From an uncultured virus (IMG/VR IMGVR_UViG_3300028833_000080) (lineage: Duplodnaviria; Heunggongvirae; Uroviricota; Caudoviricetes), in IMG/VR virus record IMGVR_UViG_3300028833_000080: a stretch of DNA of 64,000 bases; one strand, 5' to 3'. Shown here piece by piece: positions 27,100-36,400 of this stretch; the stretch's first letter is position 1; each line of letters opens with the position of its first letter. The position numbers and the translations under genes are program-made. The notes below the pieces were generated by a model. It saw only the letters and a program-made list of their open reading frames with translations. It ran no database searches and had not been told where the DNA came from.

Positions 27100-27942
27100 T
27101 TATTCATTATACATGTAATCTAAGGTAAAACTATCAATATTTCTATCTTGTTTAGTTGAACCAAAAAAACAATTACTATTAATAGCAGCTTTTTCAGCTT
27201 CGGCTTCTTCAGGAGTAATAATTCCTGCTTCCCGCCTAGCTATAATATCATTAACTTGAGCATTAACAGTAGTAATCCAATTACTCATGTCATTCCCGCC
27301 TTCTTTTATAGCAGAACAAACAGAAAAAAAGCTTACTGTCATAACTCCATTTTTTAATTCATAAACACCAGTTCTACTGGTTCTAATCTCTTCGCCGTTA
27401 ATACACATTAATATTCCAGGTCTGCTTTGTACACCTATTTTAATCAGTTTAACTCCATCATAAATTTTAGAACTGATAATATTATTAATAACACTTAATT
27501 CTTCATAAGCGATAAGCGGATATCTAATCTCTTCTCTATAATCATCTACTGTTCTTTGAAGTTCAAATAAAATACAGTCAAAAGAAACAAGAGGAGAAAA
27601 TAAGAATTCTACATCTACCCATTCATTTGGGTCGCCTTTAGAAATTGTAACTGTTTTAATGTATTGCTCTATATTATCTTCACTATCAAAGTTTACTAAC
27701 TTAATATAAAAAACTTGATTACTAGTCATTCTTTTTATTTTCCCATGAAAATAATAATTTTTAGTGCTTAAAAGATTATCAACTTGAACACATTCATCGC
27801 TAAAAAAACTAGAGCTAGTACCAATACCAATATCTCCTTTGCTTGGTCTACGCTTAGGAATACCATTAGTTAATAAGGTCATAAAAATATTATCATCAAG
27901 GACATTTTTATTTTTATTATATTGCCCTAATACATAACTCAT
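27100..27942 (-). CDS. Putative tail tip protein, 280 aa
   Basis: Beta-rich ORF in the tail module with RBS. Confidence 0.55.
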   Translation of the reverse strand: MSYVLGQYNKNKNVLDDNIFMTLLTNGIPKRRPSKGDIGIGTSSSFFSDECVQVDNLLSTKNYYFHGKIKRMTSNQVFYIKLVNFDSEDNIEQYIKTVTISKGDPNEWVDVEFLFSPLVSFDCILFELQRTVDDYREEIRYPLIAYEELSVINNIISSKIYDGVKLIKIGVQSRPGILMCINGEEIRTSRTGVYELKNGVMTVSFFSVCSAIKEGGNDMSNWITTVNAQVNDIIARREAGIITPEEAEAEKAAINSNCFFGSTKQDRNIDSFTLDYMYNE

Positions 27943-27963
27943 TCCTTTTTCCTCCTTCTATTA

Positions 27964-30030
27964 TTAAATTCTTTCTAATGCCCTAGAGGCGGTTATTGTC
28001 ATAGTACCTCCTGCGCTTAAAGGCAAAGAAATACTTTTAATAATATAATCTCCATATATTCCAGACATTCTATCTTGAACAGTAATTCTACTATTCACAT
28101 CTAAATAATAAATTGGAATACTTTGAATTGATATTCCTTCATTATAATTTGTGTATTGATACAATAAGTTGCGGGAAGTCTCTTCTGCAGTATATCCAGC
28201 TGTACCGACCGCAATATTTGAATACACAACAGAATTCACATTGGCAAAAGGCTGCCCTTCTCGCTCACATTCATCTACAAGCTTTTGTCTGCTTACCGCA
28301 TCCATAGTCGTATCAATCAAAATCACATTAGGTATATCAACATTATATAATCTATTAATCTTATCTTGTTGATAAGAATAAATTTTAGTTCCTAATATAT
28401 CAACAGAGCAATCAGATAATGAACTAATTGGCTCTAAATAATCAAAGAAATATTTTAGATCATTAGGATGATAAACTAAATCAGTTTTAAATTTTTTTTC
28501 TTTAAAATTATATATACTATCAAATAAATCTAATAATTCTTGTTCATAAACATCAGGTCTAATTTGTTGCTGTTTCTTTGTCAATCCTTGGAGATATAAT
28601 TCAGCTCTCCAATCTGCAGGAGTATATTCTTCTCCCACTTCACCAAAATTAGCCAAGCGCAAACCGCCGGTATATTCATCATTCTTTTGTAAAAAAACAA
28701 CAGAATAAGTATTCATAATTGTAGGTTTATTTTTAATAGCTAAATGATAATGAATAGCATATCCCTCATCATTTTCTCCCCAAATATGAAAATCATTTTT
28801 TAAATTATTATAATTTGGAGAGTTAGAAAAAGAAGTAACTAATCCATTTCCTTCGTTAAAAGTATAAATAGATTTTGTATTACTATAAAAATCAACTTCA
28901 TAGTTAGTATCATCAATAATACTCAATCCATTACTAGCAATAGCTATTTTTCTTCCATTATCTAATCTATACTTATTTGTTGGATCATAAGATGTATTTA
29001 AATAATTTTTAATTTCTTGGAATATAAAATTACCTTCAACATCAAAAAAGTATTCATAATTTCCTAAAGTATCTTTTATTTTATCTAATACAGAACAAAT
29101 ACTATCTCCAATACCAGAAACAAGAGAACCAGGATATACAAAATCAGTATAAACATAACCAACATCTTCATTATAATTAAAAGTTCTCCAAGTTCCATCA
29201 TTGGTAACATAAGATTGGTCTGTTGTATAAAAATTAGTATCCACATTGTAATATAATGTATTTGAACCAATATATCTTACAATCTGTTTTATTTTCAGCG
29301 GGATGTCGTTAATAAAAATTTTATCTAATCCAATGCCGCCATAATTACAAACGAGCGTTTGAATAATATCATATATTAATTGAGGAACTGAAATAGTAGT
29401 ACCAACTGCATTTGCATTAGGTTCTTCTTTCCACCCATATTCAAAAGTCCAACTATAATAATTTTCATTATAAGAATAAATAGTATAATTGTTTGGCTCT
29501 ATGGTAGCATCGTACCTCGGATCTCCGCTACATTCCATTAACCCAATTGTTTGATCATACTCATGAAAAGTAATTGAGGTAGGTAAAATTCCCGCACACT
29601 CGCCATTTAATAAACACATTTTATCTTTACAATTTAATTGAATTATACAACTATTAGCATTATGTGTAATATTAGGTTGAGTAATTATAAAAACGCCTAA
29701 TGGGAACCAGATTACCTTATCATAATTGGCATTAATATCATTTCTAATTCCTTCAAAAATTTTAATTTTTTTATTAGCAGAAAGAAGATTATTAATATCT
29801 GTTAAATCATTTTCTTCTTCATCTGCAATTAGAGTTAAATTACAAGTTCTCCTTACTGAAGAATCTCCATTTAAATTAATAGAGGAGCCAGGCTGAACCC
29901 GCCCCTCTATACACTTTATGGGAGTATCATCTGAATTCAAAATCTCAATTTTAACCCAGAAAAATTTATTATTATAATTATCCAAAGCTCTTAAAAAATC
30001 TTTATCTTTTAAATAACTTAGAGCTTTCAT
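27964..30030 (-). CDS. Putative baseplate hub/tail tip protein (DUF5048-like), 688 aa
   Basis: IEGRV..SINLNGDSSVRRTCNLTL..WFPLGVF..DKMCLLNG; C-terminal IPIYYLDVN..GDYIIKSISLPL. Confidence 0.7.
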   Translation of the reverse strand: MKALSYLKDKDFLRALDNYNNKFFWVKIEILNSDDTPIKCIEGRVQPGSSINLNGDSSVRRTCNLTLIADEEENDLTDINNLLSANKKIKIFEGIRNDINANYDKVIWFPLGVFIITQPNITHNANSCIIQLNCKDKMCLLNGECAGILPTSITFHEYDQTIGLMECSGDPRYDATIEPNNYTIYSYNENYYSWTFEYGWKEEPNANAVGTTISVPQLIYDIIQTLVCNYGGIGLDKIFINDIPLKIKQIVRYIGSNTLYYNVDTNFYTTDQSYVTNDGTWRTFNYNEDVGYVYTDFVYPGSLVSGIGDSICSVLDKIKDTLGNYEYFFDVEGNFIFQEIKNYLNTSYDPTNKYRLDNGRKIAIASNGLSIIDDTNYEVDFYSNTKSIYTFNEGNGLVTSFSNSPNYNNLKNDFHIWGENDEGYAIHYHLAIKNKPTIMNTYSVVFLQKNDEYTGGLRLANFGEVGEEYTPADWRAELYLQGLTKKQQQIRPDVYEQELLDLFDSIYNFKEKKFKTDLVYHPNDLKYFFDYLEPISSLSDCSVDILGTKIYSYQQDKINRLYNVDIPNVILIDTTMDAVSRQKLVDECEREGQPFANVNSVVYSNIAVGTAGYTAEETSRNLLYQYTNYNEGISIQSIPIYYLDVNSRITVQDRMSGIYGDYIIKSISLPLSAGGTMTITASRALERI

Positions 30031-30032
30031 CC

Positions 30033-32582
30033 TTATTTCTCCTTTTTATAGCTACCTTTAGTTAAAACATAAAAATAATTAACTAAGACATCTGCTTTAA
30101 CACTTTCAATATTCCCTGTTACAGGATTTTGAATTCCTAAATAAATTAATTTTTTAAGATTCTCTATATTATATAATCTTAATTGTCCAGTAGCACCTAC
30201 AATATGAGTCTCAGGATTTTCATCTGCCATATCCTGAACAGAAAATGCGGCTCCTGGAGTTGATTCTATTTCAATTGCATTCAAAGATTCCAATTTTTGG
30301 AAATTTGATTCCCAATTAATGAAATATTTATAATATATTTCATTAAATAGGTTTTCATTTGGTTGACATTCCCCAAAAATTTGACCAATTCCATCTTTAA
30401 TTTGTTTACTTTGAATTCCTTTTTCTTGGTACTCTTCACTTCTTATTTCGTATAAGAAATCAACAGTAGCATGCACAAATGTTTTTATTCCTTCTGCATC
30501 ACCCATTAAAATCAAACTATCACTAGTAGAATATTCTAGTCTACCGTCAAATTCATATATTCTAACTGGATCATATACAGTAAAAATTCTACCATTTAAA
30601 TTAAAGTTATTTCCAACAACGTATTCTCCACCAGAGTTCAATACCCTAAAAGGTTTATCATCAAAAGTAATTTTAATATGATGAATTTTACCAATTTGTT
30701 TAGTATAACCACCTAAATTTCTATCTTGACTATCATATTTTTCATAAATTAATTGAATTACATTGGCTCCAATAGGAAAATCCATAGATAATTGACCTAA
30801 TTTAGTTTCATAAGTAAAGAAATCTGATGCGGGTTCCGCAATACTGTAAAAGCCATATTTTAAATAATTCTCCATTGTAGGAGAATCCATTTCATAAGCA
30901 GTTGCGGAAAAACTATAAATCATTCTATCTAATGTCTGATTTGGAATACAGTTCACATCAATTAATCTGACAATTATATTTCCTTCTGTTGGAGATTTAA
31001 ATAATTTATATTCTCCATTTTGTAAAAATTCTAAGACCTTTTCTCTAAAATCTCTTTCATAAATATAATCATATTGTCTAATATCATTTTCTTCATTATA
31101 ATCTTCATATAGTTTAGTTATCGTGTTATATTTATAAATATCATCTTTAGAACAGAAAAGATAATTTTCATTCATCCAAAAACTAATTAATCCATTAATA
31201 GGGAAAGTTCTATAATAAGTACTAGCATTTCTAGCTATATTCGTATATTTAGAACCAAGAGGATCAACTCTACCATCCATTACTTGATATTTAAAATTAT
31301 TCATTGTATTATCAAACATTAATGTTAGTTGTTGATTATCTTTACCTAAAAGAAAAGAATAATTAAAATTTCTCATAATAGGTTTACTTATAACATCAAG
31401 CACTCCTCGATATCCATCTTTATCTATAATTTGAACACCATATTTATACCAAACTCCGCTTTCTATTGTATAATCATAATAAATAGGAAGAGCATTAATA
31501 CTTTCCGCCTTGACTACATATAAATATACATCATCCCATACTTGGAAATTTGAGCGGGAGTCGGTTCTACGAATACACAAATTACCACTATAGATCTCAT
31601 CTAATGGATCATATAGTTTAATAGCAATTCTACCCTCTTCTTCCTCTAAATGTAAATTAGATATATCTTTTAATAAATCATTTTCATCATTATCTACTGT
31701 AATAACATTACAAGGGGCTTGTCCAAGAGTAGCTTCAGAACAAATAAAAGACAACCTATCATCAACTTCTTCATCCCATCTATAGAATCCGCCTGTAAAC
31801 TGATTAATTGTAGTAAATTTAAAACTTATTTTATAAGTGTTTCCATTTTCAAGTTTGGTTCGAACTTTATAGTTAAAACTATCTCCATCTGCTGAAAATT
31901 GATTAATATAAACATCTCCGCTATCTTCCAATATATTATTTTGGCTATCATATAAAATAAATTGATAAGAATGAATTAATTCACTTGGATCAATTTCTCT
32001 ATAAAAGTGACCAGATAAATCTAATACCGAAGTATAAATAGTTTGAGATTCTATATTGAAAGCACCTTGTTCTTCTCTTGTATCTATATTTAATAAAGGT
32101 ATCTCATAATCTATTCTTCCTGTTGCTTTAACTATACAAACAGTAGACCATTCAGAAAAATAACTAGCATTATTTTTTAACCATGCCGCCTGCCCAATCG
32201 AATTATCAAAATCTTTGGCTGATAGACGAAGTTGAACTTTATATATATATCCAGGAATCCAACCACTAAAAGATCCAGATATTGAAGATAAATCATCATC
32301 TGTAATTTCTACATAATATAAATTTTCTTCACCTAATACTTGAATTGGTTTCACATTTAAAATAATTCCAGTTGCACGATATCTTTGTTTTTCTATATCA
32401 TCAGTAGTTTTTACTACATTTTCTCCTGTTTTTTGCTTTACAACAGAAACGTGAACAGACGTAAAATCTGTACTACCATTGAATTTAGATAAACTAAAGA
32501 ATATCTGGCATGGTACATTTCCAGCCTGAAATGCAGGCATATAATTATCCACAATGGGTGGATATAAAACCCTAGCTGCCAT
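30033..32582 (-). CDS. Putative distal tail/baseplate protein with FN3-like modules, 849 aa
   Basis: YDYTIESGVWYKYGVQ; YRTFPINGLIS; EFLQNGEYKLFKSPTEGNIIVRL..FSATAYE. Confidence 0.65.
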   Translation of the reverse strand: MAARVLYPPIVDNYMPAFQAGNVPCQIFFSLSKFNGSTDFTSVHVSVVKQKTGENVVKTTDDIEKQRYRATGIILNVKPIQVLGEENLYYVEITDDDLSSISGSFSGWIPGYIYKVQLRLSAKDFDNSIGQAAWLKNNASYFSEWSTVCIVKATGRIDYEIPLLNIDTREEQGAFNIESQTIYTSVLDLSGHFYREIDPSELIHSYQFILYDSQNNILEDSGDVYINQFSADGDSFNYKVRTKLENGNTYKISFKFTTINQFTGGFYRWDEEVDDRLSFICSEATLGQAPCNVITVDNDENDLLKDISNLHLEEEEGRIAIKLYDPLDEIYSGNLCIRRTDSRSNFQVWDDVYLYVVKAESINALPIYYDYTIESGVWYKYGVQIIDKDGYRGVLDVISKPIMRNFNYSFLLGKDNQQLTLMFDNTMNNFKYQVMDGRVDPLGSKYTNIARNASTYYRTFPINGLISFWMNENYLFCSKDDIYKYNTITKLYEDYNEENDIRQYDYIYERDFREKVLEFLQNGEYKLFKSPTEGNIIVRLIDVNCIPNQTLDRMIYSFSATAYEMDSPTMENYLKYGFYSIAEPASDFFTYETKLGQLSMDFPIGANVIQLIYEKYDSQDRNLGGYTKQIGKIHHIKITFDDKPFRVLNSGGEYVVGNNFNLNGRIFTVYDPVRIYEFDGRLEYSTSDSLILMGDAEGIKTFVHATVDFLYEIRSEEYQEKGIQSKQIKDGIGQIFGECQPNENLFNEIYYKYFINWESNFQKLESLNAIEIESTPGAAFSVQDMADENPETHIVGATGQLRLYNIENLKKLIYLGIQNPVTGNIESVKADVLVNYFYVLTKGSYKKEK

Positions 32583-32621
32583 AATCTGTTCCTCCTGTTA
32601 TCTCATATATTTCTTTCTTTA

Positions 32622-32663
32622 ATAATTTCACTTTTAATTAAACAACCATAACCAATTTAGACC
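32622..32663 (-). promoter_or_regulatory. Phage-specific tripartite motif, site D (variant)
   Basis: GGTCTA-aattggt-TAT-N18-GAAATTAT, immediately after a terminator. Confidence 0.55.
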
Positions 32664-32699
32664 AAAAAAATAAGCGGAAGGTAGTTAAATACCTTCCGC
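32664..32699 (-). terminator. Rho-independent terminator after the holin
   Basis: GCGGAAGGTA/TACCTTCCGC stem plus U tract. Confidence 0.85.
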
Positions 32700-32706
32700 A
32701 TTATTT

Positions 32707-33093
32707 TTATTCTTCATTCTCATCTTTTACTTCAACTTTATTATTTTCATTCTCATCTTTTACTTCAGCATAAACTTTAATAGCTTTATTTGCTTTAAAC
32801 TGGTCTTTCATCCACTCAAGAGCATCATCAACCCATTCACTAAATACCTCAAAAGTTACTAAAGTTGCAAGCCAAGGGAAAAATTCAAGTCCTTTAGTAT
32901 AAACCCATCTCAGTTTTAATTGACCAGTGCCACCGCCAAAATATTTCTCAGCCTCAACAACAGCCAATTTAAGCCATTGTTTAATTATAGCGATTTTTTT
33001 ATCATTATCTAATTTAACAAATTTATAAATTGTCATGCCTACTAAAGCAATTAAGATAATGATTCCAAAAATAACTCTAATATCAAAATCCAT
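32707..33093 (-). CDS. Phage holin (LL-H-like, single TM)
   Basis: N-terminal TM then WLKLAVVEAEKYFGGGTGQLKLRWVY; start set to ATG 33093 from RBS spacing. Confidence 0.75.
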   Translation of the reverse strand: MDFDIRVIFGIIILIALVGMTIYKFVKLDNDKKIAIIKQWLKLAVVEAEKYFGGGTGQLKLRWVYTKGLEFFPWLATLVTFEVFSEWVDDALEWMKDQFKANKAIKVYAEVKDENENNKVEVKDENEE

Positions 33094-33107
33094 TCTCACA
33101 TCTCCTT

Positions 33108-33218
33108 TTAATGTTTATAATTTTTTTGAGCTTGTTCTAACCGATTGTTACAACAGCAAATTCCAATACAAACAGCAATAACAATTCCTACTCCAACGAT
33201 AATTAATCCTAATGCCAT
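33108..33218 (-). CDS. Membrane micropeptide, 36 aa (MALGLIIVGVGIVIAVCIGICCCNNRLEQAQKNYKH)
   Basis: AAGGAG RBS; single TM; stop abuts the holin RBS; not in the ORF track. Confidence 0.6.
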   Translation of the reverse strand: MALGLIIVGVGIVIAVCIGICCCNNRLEQAQKNYKH

Positions 33219-33231
33219 TTTTGTTCTCCTT

Positions 33232-33381
33232 TTATTTTTCTTCTTGTGATTGATTTTGCTGCGCTGCTCGTAATGTCGCTTCTACATCTCTCCATACATC
33301 TTTTGTAACAAAGAGAATAGCCTCCAGCGGGAGACCACTCTCGTTACAAAGATCAATTATCTTTTGCTTTAATTCTTCCAT
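33232..33381 (-). CDS. Small helical protein, 49 aa (MEELKQKIIDLCNESGLPLEAIL...)
   Basis: AAGGAG RBS; follows the tail spike gene; not in the ORF track. Confidence 0.65.
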   Translation of the reverse strand: MEELKQKIIDLCNESGLPLEAILFVTKDVWRDVEATLRAAQQNQSQEEK

Positions 33382-33408
33382 ATTAACTCCTTTTATCTCT
33401 TATTTATA

Positions 33409-36400
33409 TTAAAGATTTATTGTAGGTCTATAAGTTTTATATTGAAGTCCACCTAATTCATAGTCAGTTCCATCAATAGTTACTTTAGTAGGAATATAAC
33501 AACTGAAAGTTGTTGTAGCTTGTCTAGTTCCGGTTGGAATTGAATCAATAACATTTTTCATAGTTCTATCTACATCAGAAAATGATAATCCTGTAGAAGG
33601 AACTATTAAACCACCGATAGATATGCCATTAGGATAAATATGTGTACTACCAGAAGCTAAACCACTGCTATCAATATTCCATCCGCCTATTTTACCAGAA
33701 CTAGCAGTAATATTACCACTTATTATAGCTCCTTGAGCACGAAGAATTCCGTCACTTCCTACATTAAATCCATTACCCCAATTAAGAGAAGCTCCTCCTG
33801 GATTAGTTAATACTAAACCGCTTCCACTAAGTGCAAAACCAGCCCCGGTAATGGTACCGCCAGAACCAAGTGTAATACCACCACCTGAAAGTGAACTTCC
33901 ACCAATACTCCATCCACCAATGGAACCTGTATTACTAGCATATAAAGCAGTACAAGTAATAGTACCATCTGCACTTAAAGTTGTATTACCCGCAGTTAAA
34001 CTACTTGAACCAATAGTCCAACCACCAATGTGACCAGAACTACTAGCTTCAAGATTAGAACAAGTAATAGTACCATTACTATTTAAAGTAGTATTTCCTG
34101 CAGTTAATGTAGTAGAATTAATAGTCCAATTACCAATGGTACCAGCCTTGGATGTTAAATTACCAGCATTATCTACATAAAATTTATCGGTTCCAAGCGA
34201 AATTCCATTAGTTCCAACATATACAGAATTATTTCCTGTATTAATAGTTGTAGTACCGTATGCAATATAAGAATTATCTATATCTCCACTAATAGTCCAA
34301 TGGCGGGAACCAGTTAAACGACCAACTAGAATACTTCCTCCATCTTCTGCCGCAACTCTAATACTATTACCAATAGAAAGACCATCGGATGATAAATAAA
34401 AACCTTGATTAGTAGATTCTAATGTATCATGACTATGCGAATAGATTTTACCAATTCCGCTTGAATCTAAAGTAACTCGACCATCTATTTTAGCTACATT
34501 GCTATAAAGTTCAGTATTACTAATCTTCCATCCAGCAATTTCGCCTCCGCCTTTCGCAGTTATATGACCATCTGAATTTACTTTAAAGTTTCCATTACCA
34601 AATTTAATTTCTGGTGTACTTAAATCAATAAGCATACCTTCATCATTTACATTGGTATTGCTATAACTACTAGGCTTTCCATCATTATTATAAGTTTTCC
34701 AATAATTACTACTATAAAGTAAGGCTTTGCTATTGCTAGGATCGGCTATAATTTGTCCACTGCCAGATTTACCAAAGATAGTTGAGCCATCATCCGCATT
34801 CATGAAGAAACTCTGAACACCATCACCATATCCAAATAATCCAATATGCTGGGTATTAGAAGCATTAAATTGTTTAACACCCATTATTACGCCAGTAAAA
34901 AGACCATCTTTCTTAGCTCCTGCCCCTACTTGAGGAGCAAGTAAATATTCATTATTAGTTTCATCTACATAAAGCTTACTACCATCCCATCCATTAATAT
35001 TACCCATTTCATATCTATTAAATAACATAATAATAGGTTTAATATGAATAATATAATCAGATTGCGCGGGAAGGAGGTATGCTTCATCACTAGCTTTTTT
35101 GTTTTGTAACTCTGTTAATGTTTCATTTAACTGAGTATTTATATTTTCATAATATCTCTCTTGATATTCAGTATTTTTATATATTTCTAAAGCTTCATTT
35201 ATTGGTTTTAATAAATCATTAACAAAAGAAGAATATGAAATTAATTTTCCAGTCTCATAATCTCCAATTTGACTATATAATACAAGTAATTGATCCTTTA
35301 ATAATACAAAATCTTGCTCTGGATCATTATTATCATGAGCTGTAGTTAAATAAGTTAAATCATAATCATGAACAAAATCATTTAAATCATTATTAAAACT
35401 AACTAATTCATCATATTCATCTTGAAGCACATATTGATTTGAACTTTGCTGAACTAATTTTACATATACTTCTTGATATTTATTTACTAAACTAGTCCAC
35501 ATATTAGCATAGCTACTAACTTGTTGAGCAATAACTGCACTATAATTATTAGTTAATCTAGTTATATCAACTATAATAGTTGTATTAGCTAAATCGCTTA
35601 TATCGCCTAGCTCTCTAGTATAACCTAATAAATATAAATTTTTATGTACTGAATCTAATGTACTATTATATAAAGTATAGTATCTAGTATAATTAAAATC
35701 AGAAATTCTAATATTATTTTCAATGCAATAAGTATTTAATTCTTCAAGAACCTCCCTTAATTTAGGAATATAATTTAATAGTTCATATCTATAATTAAAT
35801 AGCCTTTTAGCATTTTTTATTTTTTCTTCATATATATTATACTCAAATTTTTGTGAAAAGTCAAGTATACGACTCTTATTATGTTGATAAAAATCTATTT
35901 TATTTTCAACAGTAATAATCTCTGAGTCTAAATTAGTAATTTCGTCAATTAATTCTTGTCTTTTTGCAGCAGACATTGATAATGATACTTTAACATAATT
36001 CTTAGTTAATCCATTATCAAATTTTGTAACTGGCTTAATAGAAACACTTGGACCAGTTCCAGCGCCCGCGCTTATCTTTAAATTATCACTTACGCTCCAA
36101 AGATAATCATAATAATCTCCCGCATCATCATTATAAACATTATCAACACATTCAAAATTATTAGTATTATCATATTGAGGATTGGTTCCATCTGAAGTAT
36201 AAGTAACTTGCTCAAATCCGCCATCTAAATTAGGAATAATATTATCCGCCATACTAGAATTAATTAATCTAGTAACTTCAATAGGATAATAAGCATATAT
36301 AACTTCTCTACTATTGGTAGAGCTATCTTCAGTAATAGTAATAGCACATTGAACAATAGAAGAATAAATATCTGTCGCGGAGTCCCAATTATCTCTAATA

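Noticed and set aside
32716..32768. Direct repeat ATTCTCATCTTTTACTTCA at the holin 3' end
   Set aside because: A short in-frame duplication (EVKDENE twice) in a charged tail; no sign of an att site or regulatory role.
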